From: the human T2T-CHM13v2.0 reference genome, Homo sapiens
NCBI RefSeq assembly: GCF_009914755.1
Contig: NC_060928.1
Direction: 5' to 3' (one strand)
DNA length: 64,000 nt
Both the position numbers and the translations under genes were made by a program. Under the pieces are notes generated by a model. It worked only from the letters and a program-made list of their open reading frames with translations. It was not told the DNA's origin and made no database searches. Position 1 is the first letter of the stretch; each line of letters begins with the position of its first letter. Of this stretch, positions 39,456 through 53,209 are shown piece by piece.

Positions 39456-41449
39456 TACTAAATTGTTTGCCTAAATTTGATCAGATAACTACTCAGCCTT
39501 CTTTACCTTATATTTATCATACAGTTAGCCACCTTGGATGAATTTATTTCCATGGGGGCGGTGGGGGGGAAATGAAGCACTGATTTAGCCATGTGTATAA
39601 ACAGAACACACAGATCAACTGCTATTTTGTCAACTTGCCTAATGAAGTTACATCAGTGTTCTTTCTCCTGGTAGTTTTGTTACTTCAGAATCCTTGCCTC
39701 AAAAGAAAATTAGCAATCAGTCAACAGAGTCTATGCCAGTTTCAGTCATCTGGCAAAGCATCTGTTGAAAGACTATAGATTCACAATCCGCATCAATAGA
39801 GATATGGCACATGCTATGGTGCCTACCCATTTGCAATGTGGCTGAGGATGGGAAATGTGAAGTGCATATTAGGAAACATAATTGACTTAGTTCTATAATA
39901 ACTCAGCAATGGTAGAAATAAAGTACATGATGCCAAGTAGCAAAAAAGCAATTTTCTTTCAATCTTGTATGCATCATAAACACTTCTACGAGATGACAGG
40001 CAAAATAAGAAAATATTCCAAAAGTAGCATGCTATTCTAAATATATTATATGATGTTATTAAAATGTCAGCACAGCTTTGATGGTTCTATAATGTTAATT
40101 TTTTTAAAATGCAAAACCTCATAAATATATTATGGCCCTTTCTGGAAAGGGAAGAAGATAAGCAGGCGTATAGAAAATGTCATGTGAAATAAAATCACAA
40201 CATTTGAGTGGAATCTAGTCAAATTCTGCCACAAGCGACTGGTGAGGCAGGGAATGAGGACCTGAGTTTTCAATAGGAGGAAGATGAATGAGAATGCTGC
40301 TGCTTGCTGAAGGAGGAAAAGGGAGATTTGAATCCATTCCCTGCCACTGCGTGGTGCTAGGAGCCAAAGGAGAGAATTGACAAGCTGACCCCTGCTATTC
40401 AGCGTGACACTCCATTAAGGAAGTTTAACCCCCTGGTAAGGATTTTTAAAGTGGCAAAAGTAAAGGGAAACAAGTGGCTTTTCTGGGTCGATAATGTTAA
40501 ATATGAGGCTCTATCACAGTCTAAGAATCCCAGACTCTTCTCAGGAGTATGGCTTTCTCTGAAGTAAACAGTAGGAAGAGTCAACAATAGCAGAAACAGA
40601 CAAACGCTGTGGGCAGCACCAGGTACTTGAATCCCAGCCTGATTGGGAATGGGTAAGTGCCAATGGGAAACTAAGAGAACATGTGGAATGTGATGGATGG
40701 CAGCAGTTTGAGGGGCTTCTTGGGAATCTCTCTTCTCGCTGAACCCCTGATCCTGTAATGGGTGGAAGTAGAACAATGACAAACCACTCCTTTGATGCCT
40801 AGCTACAGATCACTAAAGGATTATTTAGGACTTTGACTATCAGCAGGCTGCTGAGGTCTAGACAAGAACCTGCTCATGGGCACCATTAAATGAGTCATTT
40901 TATTAAATAAAACAAAGCCCATGTAAAAATTAAGGACATGTGTTATTTGTGTTAGCTCCCGAGACCTAAAGTTATAATGCATTTTGATAGGAAAGTAATA
41001 TTTTGCAATCCAAGATAACTGTTTACCTCTTTTGTGTGACTCAGCAGTGGATAAAATGATACTACACAAACTAAACAAACCAACAAAAAAAGCCAGTAAC
41101 AACAACAAACAACTGTAACCACTGCAGAATTTCAGTTTAGTACCTGAAGAAGATTTTATACTTCCAGAATTAGACTATTCTCTTTCTTAAGCTATAAATG
41201 ACACACAGACTGGGCCTAAGCTATATTTATGTACACTTAGGCCTAATAATTAATGGCTTTCTTTATTTGGGTTCCATTTAAAAATTAGCATACCATATAT
41301 TGCTATTTTTATTTTTTCATAATTACCTCTAAAAATTATTGAACAGTAGTTTCAAAGAACAGAAACTGCTTTAGCCATTGTGTATAAGAGCATACTAAAG
41401 AAGATTAAGTGTCTCATAAAATTGTAGTGAGAAATGAAGAAATAAACTG

Positions 41450-41750
41450 TAGACTGGACTTCTAGAAAGAACATCCGCAATCTGGGAGTCACATGGTGAA
41501 TCTGGAAACTGTTGCAACAGCTGACAAGTCCATAATCTGCACCAGCAAAATGAATGCCCTTTATCTTGCCTCTCTCTTCACCCGATTCAGTTCCTATCCA
41601 AGTCTTACGAGAATGCCTTTGATTGGTGCACCTGCCATCAAAAACCTAAGCAGCAAAGAAATCTGGGAAATGTATTATTTGCCTTTCTGATTTCTGGCTG
41701 AAAGTTAGTGGGAATACATGTTAAGCAAAGTAATTCACAATATCTGCTTT
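41450..41750 (-). mobile_element. Old MaLR LTR (MLT1J-L-like) fragment
   Basis: GATTGG...AGCAGCAAAGAAATCTGGGAAATGTA motif typical of antisense old MLT1. Confidence 0.45.
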
Positions 41751-42164
41751 AAATGCTCAATACTTTTACAAATACAAGATACTTTTATGCCTGGTGAGTT
41801 AATAAAGGGCAAATCACAGTGATGTGCTGATTTTATCTAAAATAGTTTGTCTGAAATACAAGGGTGTCATAGATTAAAAATGCTTTCTTTAGATAATAAA
41901 AGTACATAGATCTCACCTAAGAACCTCACTGACAACCGAATAATCAACTTCTGTGATCAATTTTAAAAACTTGCTGGAAATAATATAAAAAATATAATAC
42001 ATATTATTTTACATATGTCTACAGAAAAAGAAAGAAAACTAAATCATTTGATAATGTCCATAGATAGACAGTTGATTAGCTAATTCTGCCATTAAAGTAG
42101 ACAAGTTCTTAAAGTTGAGTACTTGAAGACTAATTCTGAAGTTTGATCTTTCCCATTCTTTTTC

Positions 42165-42458
42165 TTTCTAACTTTAAAATAATTAACAAACAAAAATTGT
42201 ATCTATTCAAGGTATTCAAGGTGTACAATGTGATGACTTCATATACGTGTAGATTGTGTACTGCTTATCACAGTCAAATTAATTAACACATCCATCACCA
42301 CCCATAGTTACCATTTGTGTATGTGTGGTAAAAACAAAAACCTACTCATCAAATTTTTAGTTCGCAATACAGTATTATTAACTATCATCACCATGCTGTA
42401 CATTAGATCCCCAGAACTTATTCATCTTATAACAAAAAGTTTGTACTCTTTAACCAGC
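42165..42458 (-). mobile_element. L1MA-type 3' UTR fragment
   Basis: CAAGGTGTACAATGTGATG...AATTAACACATCCATCACC...CACCATGCTGTACATTAGATCCCCAGAACTTATTCATCTT. Confidence 0.85.
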
Positions 42459-42491
42459 TTTAAAGAAACATAGCAAAACACTTCCAATAGA

Positions 42492-42800
<309 letters not shown>

Positions 42801-44230
42801 TTGTAATAGAGTTGAAAGTGTTTTTTCAAATAAGATTGTTCCTGAATGCTCAGGTGGGGAAAAAAAGAATCCTCCGTATCACATTGATTAAATATAGTTG
42901 TTGGTTGTTCTCAACTCAAAATCTATTTGTCTAGAATTTGGCACAACTTCACAAAGTTATTGAAGTATTTTACATAAGTTTTGACAAATATTTTACCAAA
43001 CTCTTGTGCCAGTGTAACTTAATGTGCACGTAACTAAATTCTGCTCCTGTTTATCCTATTTAGGTTTATTTTCAGAATTCCCTTAGTAATACCAAAATCT
43101 TCAGTTATTTATCATATTATTCTTATGAGTTTTATCTTTAACAAATTGTTTTATGAAGCTCCTAAAATTAAATATCATAGACTATTGGTCTTCATAGATT
43201 TAAGATCTGTTATTTTGACACGTAGTACTGTGAAATTTAGCTAAGCCTCAAATGTAACATGAGAGTTACTCTTAAAAATGGTTTAGCATCAGCCAGACAG
43301 AAAAAATGGGAAAATTATATATAAATCTATGGCGATGCTATAGACTGTGGTGTGCTTGGACTCTTGGAAGCTCATTATGCGTGACTATATGCTACCTGCT
43401 AGAACGTGGCAGATCACATTAGAAAGGCAAACAAAGGACAAATCTCGAAAGTCTAGAATTGTCCTGCTTAGCACTTTGAACATTATCCTGAAAACAATGG
43501 GAAATATTGAAAACTGTTGGAAAGAGAAGTAACATGATCATCAGAGATAAACTAACTAGTTTTGTTCTTTTTAAATTTCAATGTTTTGGCAGTAATCATG
43601 TGATTTCAGAAGTGTCATAGGCAAAACAAGAATACCAGTTATTCAAGTGCATTGAAAGTGGTAAAGACTAAATCTAGGACCATGATATGAAGATTTCATT
43701 AAAAATTCAGTAGATATGTAGAAAATAAAAGTGACCAAAGTTATAAATAATTTTGAATTAGTGTAAGTTTACAATGTGTCTCGAGTTTATAATTTGATTG
43801 AATAGAAGGTTGGCTAATAATTTTGAGGTATCAGATGTAGTAGTCAGATCATTTTTCTAACAGATTAGTCTCTCTCTCTCTGTTTCTCTCCTCTCTGTCT
43901 CTTAAAAAATTCCTTGCTACTAATAATTACTGAACTTTTAAAAAGTGGCAGAGAGTGACGAGACTACAGTAATTGTTCTCTGTATAAGTCAGGCATCAGC
44001 TGGGCTCACACTGCCTAAAAAAAAACTAGGCAAATTTGATTAGAACCCATATTCCATACTCTACATAAAGTTTATTTTCATAGTCTATATTCTTATGATT
44101 TCTGAGAGTTCTGATATTCCCATGGTCATCTTTTGTTCAAGCTTATTGCCTTTGCTGAATTACTTTTTTCCTCTATATATCATGCTTCTAACATCAAATG
44201 TATATCAACTCTATTCTGGGGAGAAAAAAT

Positions 44231-44314
44231 ACATATATAGTATGTATATGTGTATAGATATACATATATAGTATGTATATGTGTATAGATATACATACAT
44301 ATATACACATATAC
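44231..44314. repeat. TA-rich tandem repeat with two perfect 31 bp units
   Basis: ACATATATAGTATGTATATGTGTATAGATAT at 44231-44261 and 44262-44292. Confidence 0.9.
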
Positions 44315-44519
44315 CCACAAATACTTTTTTTCACTCAAAGGAACTATACGTATAGAGACCATTACTAAATTTTAGTGCTCATACTTGATTTGTATCACAA
44401 AAATGTCAACAATTCAATATTTAACATCTAATGTCTTTAAGGTCTTTCAGCTGCTCAGTCATGTTGTTCATTTACTTATTCTCTTTTCTTTTCTTCTACT
44501 TTTGGTCTTTCTCTTTAAG

Positions 44520-44555
44520 GAATAGAAACCCTCGAATTGATCCTGTTTTCTTATG
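44520..44555 (+). other. Candidate 36 nt micro-exon (unverified)
   Basis: Polypyrimidine tract of about 45 nt ending TTTAAG, and donor ATG|GTAAGT. Confidence 0.4.
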
Positions 44556-44869
44556 GTAAGTCAGTTCTCTGTAGTCTATACTTTAAAACCCATTGCCTAA
44601 TCTCCTTTGGCACATCCAAAAACAGAAAAGCTTAGAAATGACAGTCTTCTGGATGTTGATTTTTCATCCAAGGGCCAAATTTCTTTCTGCTTTTTTTCTA
44701 TGATTAGAAATGCATTTGTGTTCAGAGGGGAATCCCTGCTTCACCTTTTGGTTATTTTCCACGAAACAAAATACACGTGGAAATTTGAGTGTATGCTACT
44801 AGTCAAGTGCTTTTTTTAAAACTTAGCTTTATAATGAGCTTAAGAGCAAAGAAGATAAAGAAATTACTC

Positions 44870-45028
44870 TTTTTCCAAAAATAGAGATGGGGTCTTGCTC
44901 TGTAACCCAAGCTGAAGTGTAATGACGTGTCTATAGCTCATTGCAGTCTCCATGGGGGCTTAAGGAATCCACCCTACCTCAGCCTTCAGAGTAGCTGGGA
45001 TTACAGGTCTGTACTAGCACACCTGGCT
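44870..45028 (-). mobile_element. Free right Alu monomer (FRAM/AluJ-like)
   Basis: Single diverged monomer flanked by AGAAATTACTCT/AGAGATGACTCT. Confidence 0.8.
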
Positions 45029-45758
45029 TAGAGATGACTCTTTAAATTTAAACAGTTTTAAACTAAGATGGAAATGCCATAAGGACTAAGGACAGGGAAC
45101 TTGTTTTAGCCTTATTCACTGCTTTAGCCCCAGAATCCAGAATTTTAATGGCATGTGACATACATTTAATGTATATTCAGATGATGGAATATGTCATATT
45201 TTAACAGCAAAGTAACAGCTATTACAGCTGACCTTTCCCCTTACAGTTATCTCACGGTCATGTAAAAAGAGAGAAAGGTTTTCCATCATATATGTATGTA
45301 TCTTACTGTGCTGTAGGACTTTTTTTTTTAACACTTTCTATATAGTAAGCGCTTCTTAATTGAAATAGAATCTTCCATCTTTCCTGTAGTCATCTGAATA
45401 TTCAACATGTTCTCTGAGTCGCCTAAGAAAAAGACGCTTAATTAGCATGCCTGCAACACTCTCTTCTTTAGTCGACTGTCATTCTCTGTTGCTCACATGC
45501 CACCAGCTCTAACACTTTTCTAGCCCATTTTAAGAGCATCAGTAAGTTTTCAAGTAAGTCCACAGTTCATGCATTTTTGTGGCCAAGGGAATTTTAGATC
45601 ACTACATTGCCCTAAGCAGAAGGATGGTATAAATGAAACATTTGCCTGAAAAGAATGTTCCAACACAGAATCAGTGAGCTTTGCTGGCTCATGACACAGG
45701 CTTTCATCTACAGAATTTCTGGTCAACTCTCAAGATTAATGATCCAAATTTTAGGCTT

Positions 45759-46131
45759 TGTAGTAATTGCCTAGGGCTGCCATAGCAAATTACCACAAAC
45801 TTGGTGGCTTAAAACAACAGAAATTTATTCTCCCACAGTTCTGGAGGCCAGAAGTCTAAAATCAAGGTGGCAGCAGGGCTGTGCTCCTTCCGATCATTTG
45901 GAACAATCACATCCTTGCTTCTTCCACCTTCTGGTGGCTCCAGGCATGTTTTAGCTTGTAGCCACATCATTTTAATCTCCACCTCTGTAGTCACGTTGCT
46001 TCTCCCTTTTCTCCTGTGTGGCTTTTCTCTGTCCCTTATAAGGACACATGTCATTGGATTCAGGCTAACCCAGATATCTAGGATGCTTTTCTCACCTCAA
46101 AATTTTTACCTGAATTACATTTGTAAAGACC
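45759..46131 (-). mobile_element. MLT1C-like MaLR LTR
   Basis: AGGGCTGCCATAGCAAATTACCACAAACTTGGTGGCTTAAAACAACAGAAATTTATTCTC...CTTATAAGGACAC. Confidence 0.9.
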
Positions 46132-46449
46132 AGTTTATCATGCCTCCTGAAGTATAAACTTCATGATCCTAGCTTACATAATATTCAAACCTAGTTCAAA
46201 GGATTTACTAGGGCATCTCCACCTGGACAAACTTGGACTCCTAATTTTCTGTTGCCAGTTTCATGAGTCTCTTGAAAGTTTTGCTTGGCTTTTCAGCCTC
46301 TTGGGTCTGTTTTTTAATTGGCAAACACTTTTGAAAGAGAAGGAGCCCGAAACACCCAGCTAACCCTTTCAGGCTTCTTGTCTCTGTCTCTTCTGGATCT
46401 TAGCCCTGCAGTTCCTCACTGCTTTGGTGTGTCTCTGATGCTTTTAGAA

Positions 46450-46450
<1 letters not shown>

Positions 46451-46492
<42 letters not shown>
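46451..46492. repeat. (TG)21 microsatellite
   Basis: Perfect dinucleotide run. Confidence 0.98.
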
Positions 46493-46495
<3 letters not shown>

Positions 46496-49017
46496 CTCCT
46501 GCTTCTTCAGAAATGTTGGTCTAAGTACTTAGTTCACAATTGCCTAAAATCAACCATTCACATGCTAATTTATAAATTATAATAAAGACTATTAAGACAG
46601 CATATAAAATGACATATTTGTAGATATGCTTTATCTACAAACTTTACAAAATACACGTGTACAGAAAAATAAAACACCAATTTTAAGCTATTATTTTTGT
46701 AAAAGTGTATGTAAATGATTAGCCATAGCAATAGGTAAATCATCATATAAATAATTATAACCACATTACATATAAAAATAGATGAGGATATTTACATTTA
46801 TAGACATAAATCATGAAGAAACATTCAGGTTGCAAATTAGGAACTGTCAGCTGAATCATGCGTTAATTTTGTTTGTCGTAAAACCAGCACAGATTTCAAG
46901 TTTTATTATCTGCTAAAACTCTAAATTGTATTTCCTGGGTCTACAGAGTGGACAGCCTATTTCTCAGTCAGCATTGCGTTTACTAGTTAGTCAACTTATT
47001 TAAATCTATTTTAAATTGAGGGAAAAATACACATCAAATGAAAGGGAACACATAAAAGCTTGTTTCTTCAAAATGATTTTTAAAAACCTCTAAGCATTTT
47101 ATCATTCATTCAAAGGTTTGGGCACATGTGGAAAAAAACATGCCCCTCATTGTAGTTGTGTTATTTCATTTGAACTTAAAGGTGCGCAACCTGACGTTCT
47201 TACTTTTTCTTCAAAAGCATCTCAAAAGAGGCAATCCCTCTTGGCTTTGCAACGAAAGATGTATTTACCATATTTACCATTTTGATAAATATGAGCAGGG
47301 ACATCTTCAAAGGCAACTCTGGCATGTTCTGAAAAGTCTCTGGCTCTCGACAGATAAGACTAAATAACACCAAAATTTCCTTAGAATGTACAATTTTGTG
47401 ATATAATTTTTAATAATCATATGTAAGCCTTAAAGGAATGAGGATTAGCAACAAAAAGAAATATATTTGCTATTCCTTGGGTGTTGTTTGTGGTTATTCA
47501 GAAAAAGTCATTTCAGTATGATATGTCTGACATTTGGAAATAGTAATAACTGGAAATCATTGAGCTATTAATATGTCAGGACAAAGAACTTAGCACTGAG
47601 CATGCATTGTCTTATTTAATCTTCACACCATTATTCGTAAGTAGAAATATAATATTCATACATGTATAAAAATCTTTATACATATAAGCTTGTGTTTGTG
47701 TGTGTATCTTTGTGTGTGTGGTAGAAAAAGACAGAAAGCCTGAAAATATAAATAATTTGGACCATTTGTTTTATTATTGTATAAATTCATTAATTCTGGG
47801 AAAGGCAAGGAAAAATTACCAATTATAAATATTCTTGACTCCTGCAATGTACCTAACCTAAAAAGTCAGAAAATTTTCCCAATGTTCCCAACCATGAAGT
47901 TATCAAGTATAAAATCAAATGAAGATATGTCTGGCACAGAAATCAAGTCACATAATTGCTATATAGCACTGCCTTTTATTCAATTATTTCAAGGTTGTAG
48001 ATACTTAATGTATACATTTGTGGCTGGGGATCATTTCTTATAAAGAAAACCTTTAAAATCTACTTAAAACAATAATGGGCTATAGTATGTCTATAAAGTT
48101 TAATTTAGTTTCAAGCCACCACTATGCATATACAAGTGTAGGTTAAATTCCTATTTCAGGAAATAAATAGGAATTTAATTTAATTCAATTCCTATTTCAG
48201 GAAAGAAATGAGTTCAACAATTAGAGTGTTTAAGCTGATGTCATAATCCAGCCTAATCCCAGAAGTGACAGATATCTCCTACATGTGATCTGTTTACTTC
48301 ACGGGCTTTGTGATTACTTATGCTCTCTATATTTTGAATTTAAACTTATCCTATTTTATTCTAATTAAGACCTCCACATCATGACTGTGAAATCAACAAA
48401 TTCCCCTAACTCACCCCTTTGTTCTTGCTTCAAGAATTCCAACAGATTCAGACGTCATCATGACACTAATTCATATCTTATAGCTCTTTTTAAGCGGGAA
48501 AGAGTTGCTATTATGTCTTCCAGAATATGTATGCCAGAAATTTTAGGTTGGAAAATGCTTTTCCAGAAAGGTAGGGAGCAAACTAATGACATAATAAATG
48601 ATTTGTCCTGAACCAAGTCCTAAAAAACAAAAAATGCACCTCAAGCAAAAAAACTGAATTGAAATGTGTCATCATGCAGAGAAAATATAACAATATTAGG
48701 CAGAAATGTTTCAGAAGCAATAGATACCACATTTCAAATGTAAATCTTATATTTCAGAAAAATATCTCTCCAATAGACATTAAAAATGATCTTCAATAAT
48801 ATCCAAAGGGAGTATGTTGCCATGGCAACTTATATAGATAGTTGTCACTCTTCTCAACTCCCATGCGATATTCCCCAGAAATGTTTTGTTTACAGTCAAA
48901 ATCAAGCTGAAATGAACACGAAGGGTAACATTGGAGTCAAGGGGAAGAATTTCTGAGAAAGATTTCTGAAAAGAAGTATAAGTTATGAAAAAAAATCATT
49001 CCCATTTTGCCTTGGAG

Positions 49018-49215
49018 CAGTGTTTCTCAACTTTGGCATTATTTGGTCCAGATAGTGCTTTGTTGTGGTGGCCTGTCCTGTTTATTGTAGGATGTTTGGT
49101 AGCATTCCCTGCCTTTACCCACCAGAAGCTAGTAACTAACACTCCCACACTCCCATTTGTGACAACAAAATTATCTCTAAACATTGCCAAATTTCTCCTG
49201 GTTGAGAACTTACTG
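49018..49215. mobile_element. MER20 hAT-Charlie MITE
   Basis: TIRs CAGTGTTTCTCAAC and GTTGAGAACTTACTG. 8 bp TSD-like CCTTGGAG/TCTTAGAG. Confidence 0.9.
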
Positions 49216-50864
49216 TCTTAGAGGAAAGGGATTATTGCCTGATTTTTATAAAAAAGAGCAACAGATCTAGGTCTATTACTGATGACTGGCTGATGAAACA
49301 GAACTAAGGAATCCAACTCTTTACAAGGCCCCCTTGCCTTTTTTTCTTATCTACTCATATCTCCATCCTATTTCCTACATATCTGATGGAGCCATTAAAG
49401 ATGTTTGTGGATTTTATGAAACTGACCTTTTATTATTAATATAGGGATTTAAAATACAAATCTTTACATGGACATGCACCGTAAACACTCTTTTCAAACT
49501 TTGGCTGCTGTATTTCTTTTTGTAGTCTTCTCTGATTTTTCCTTTGGCAATATATCTAGTAATAGTTTGATGGAGCTTTCTATAGAAGAGATTTTTAAAA
49601 ATAATAATCATAATAAATGCTAGAAAAAAGTAGAATTATTACAAAACCACATATTGGCCATGGAAATTCTGAAAAAGATTAAAACACTCTCACTAGGGCA
49701 TTTTACAAAGGGTAATACCGCAGCAAATACAAATTAAGAAATACTGGTAGTTTTTATATCAAAAAAGCAATACTTTAATTGTTACTACAATTCTAATTAT
49801 TTTGAAGAGACATAATTTTGTTTATGTGCTTCCTCAATAGAAAAAAAAAGTTTCTGAGAAATCTAATTAGGCAGATTTTTTTCCAGTGCTAATGTGACAA
49901 TAGCTCGAATACCCAGGGAAGCACCATTACTTCTCAAGCCAATAGAGTTGCACTAAAAGAGTAATTTACAAAAGTATCATTAACAATAAAATTGAAAATG
50001 CCAATTTAAAAACACCCAACATAGAACTCATGAATAATTTAGTAATAATAGAAAACAAAAACTCTATATTGACTATTACCACTAACATAATTTGATTGCA
50101 AGATATTATCAAAATGTGTTACGATATTTTCACCAATCGTTGAACTAACGGGTTGACTCTCACATGTATTTGGAAAAAAAAAAAAAAAAAGTAGCCTGGT
50201 CATGTTTTCCCTAGAAACTCAGATTGAGTAGGTCATAAACTGGTTTTCCAATATGTTGCAGAACAAACTAACAAAATTGCAAAACTGGACCCTGCAGACA
50301 CTTGTAAACAGCCAAACCATTTTTTCAAAAAGACATATCTCCCTCTTGCTGACGGAGAATGAAATTTGGAACTTACCTAACCTCTGAAGGCTCCCCTAGG
50401 TACTTGAGAATTAGATCCAGGATTACTCACAGTTAGAAGCATTCCCAAAGAGTTAAGACACTAGCAGTTCACCTCAATATACTATTTGAATTTTCTGCCT
50501 CACTTGTGTATGGAGGCTGAGTTTTCTTTAATGCATTTTTATTTACATGATCAATAATATAAAAATTCCACTTATTCAAAAATACTTTTGGACATGGAAA
50601 ATGCTTTTCTTAATATATAATTTTGCTTCAAAATATGCTTTTATTTTTTTCCTTGATGTGCATGTGTTTCTCAGCAAATGACATTACATACCATTTCATA
50701 GTGCAATCTAAGCTACTAGATTCAATCATTTAACTCTCTCCCATTTATCTTTTAATATATAAATAATTCACTATCACATTCTTTTTTCTACAAGAAAAGG
50801 CATAATTTATCTATCCCATGGATTCAGTCTTTTATGTAAGTTTCATATATTCCTGCCTCATTCA

Positions 50865-51078
50865 CAGAGTAAACCCTTTTGTAAACTATGGACTTTGGCT
50901 AATAATAATGTGTCCATATTGGCTTACCAATGGTAACAAAGGCATTACACAAATGCAAAATGTTAATAATAGGAAAAACTAGGAAGGGGAGGGATATATG
51001 TAAGTTCTCTGTACTTTCTGGTCAATTTTTCTATATAGCTAAAATCTCCCTAAAAGATAACATCTGCTAATTTAAAAA
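50865..51078 (+). mobile_element. L1MC-type 3' end
   Basis: GTAAACTATGGACTTTGG...TGTTAATAATAGG...CTCTGTACTTTCTG. Confidence 0.8.
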
Positions 51079-53209
51079 CATATTTTTTAATTATGAAGAA
51101 AAAAAGATGGGGAAATTTTTCCTGAAGATCCTGGGAAAAGATCCTGAAGAAAAGCATAAAGCTAAAAAAGGATTAATAGAAGAGACATAGACATTTTTGG
51201 AAAATAAGTACAAGATGTAAAATCTAAGGAGAAGATTAGAGAATTTTAAAGAAACATTAGGACTACATTTAAAAGATCTCATTAAGGTAAATTTAAAAAT
51301 TAATATACAACGATACAAATTTAAAAACCGGTCTGGAGAAAAACTGAATCATAAAAATAATATATCAGGAGATTTCAGAAGAAAAATAAAAGATAAAAAT
51401 GAGAGAATGTTTCTTTGGATTTGAGCTAAAATTGAGTAACAATGACAAGATTATCAATCTATGTTAAACAACATGAAATAAACAAATATATAGAAGTATG
51501 GTTTCAGATATTGGTGAACAGGCAGCATGAGATTGTTTCTCCTGAGAAAAAGGAAAAAAAGCAAATGATACCTACAATTGCTTTCAATGTCCTACCAGGA
51601 GATAGTTTCCAAGCCACAGCACAGAGAGGGAGATTCCAAAAGGAGCCTAGCGGCCTTGCTCACCAATTGATAGACCATATCTTCAGAAAACCAGTAGGCA
51701 TATAGAATACCTGAACAATACTATTAGCCACTTTGACTTAATTTACATATAAAGAACAATCCACACAACAGCAAATTAGTTTTAGGTATACATACAGAAT
51801 AGTGAGGAAAAAATGGCAGATAGGAGGCAGGACTAAATCGCAGCTCCCACTTGGACAAATAGAGCAGCATGTGGAGACTCACATCATGAACTTTTGCTCC
51901 AAGAACTACTGCAGGAACATACCAGGAAAGCTGAGAGAATCCACAGACCCTTTGAAGGAAGCAGATTGCTCCTGCAGTACCCGGGAGCCAGGCCAAATAT
52001 TGAGTGCCCAAACTATGAAAGTGGGAAAAGATGATCATTTTCCCCTGAACACACACCCTCACTGGGGAACTGAAGGTCCAGATCACAGGAGGATTTGACC
52101 TTACCTGGAGCTGAGATAATTTAGAGAGGTCAGTGAAATACAAGAGTAGAGGAAGCTCTCTTGGTCCTCAGGGAAGACATTTCTGATTTGTCTCACAGGG
52201 GTCCTTGGGGAGGGCTGCCAAAGGAACAGGAAAAAGACCTCAGGGAGAAGGAAACCTCCAGCTAAACTTTGTAACAATTCCAACTGAACATGAAGTTTCC
52301 TGGACAGAACCCAGGGGAGGGGATAAATCTGGAGTATGGAAGTGGGCAGGCAGGGAGGGACAAAACCTGAAAGCCCTGCTTGCTTTCTAAGCTGGGGGGC
52401 TTGTAGCCTGGGGCAAGTTCTCAGTCCTGCTCGCCCACTGCCTGGAAACAAACTCAGTGCTGTTGGAGGAAGCATGGTGGGAGTGAGACTGTCCTTTTGG
52501 GTTGCATAGGAGCTAGGTGAGGCCTGTATCTGCCAGCTTTCCCCACTTCCCTGGAGACCTGCATGACACAGCAAAGGAAGCCAAAGTCCTCCTAAGAACA
52601 TAACTCCATTGACCTGGAAACCACACTCCATCCCTCACAGCAGCCAGAGCAAGCCCCACCAAAGGAGAATCTGAGGTCAGACATGCCTAATCCTGCCTCC
52701 ACCTGATGGCCTTACTCTACCAACCCTGGTAGCTGAAGATAAAGGTCATATTCTTTTGAGAGTTTTAAGGCACTGCTCACCACCTGATCCTTCCTGTACT
52801 ACCACAGCTGATGCTCTCTTGAAAGCGCCACCTCCTGGCAGGAGGCCAAAGAACAAAAACCGAGTGCAATAAACAACAATAATACAACTAGGAACTCTCA
52901 TAGAATCAATTTCACTCCCTTGCCATCTCCACCAGAACAAGTGCTACTATCCATGGCTGAGAGACCTGAAGATGGTTCACATCTCAGGACTCTGTGCAGA
53001 CAACTCCCAGTACCAGCCTGGAACCCAGCAGCCCTGCTGAGTGGCTAGGTCCAAAAGCGATCAATAACAATTACTACAGTTTTGTTCCTAGAAAGCCACA
53101 TCCCTAGGAAAGAGGGAGAGTACTACATCAAGGGAGCACCCCATGAGACAAAAAAAATCTGAACAGCAGCTTTTGAGCCCCAGATTTTCCCTCTGACATA
53201 GCCTACCCA

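Noticed and set aside
40399-41108. 127 aa and 95 aa minus-strand ORFs
   Set aside because: They use non-ATG starts, have no recognisable homology and show no flanking splice structure.
50174-50190. Isolated poly(A) runs here and at about 15750 and 26590
   Set aside because: They have no recognisable retroposed body or TSD and were treated as simple mononucleotide expansions.
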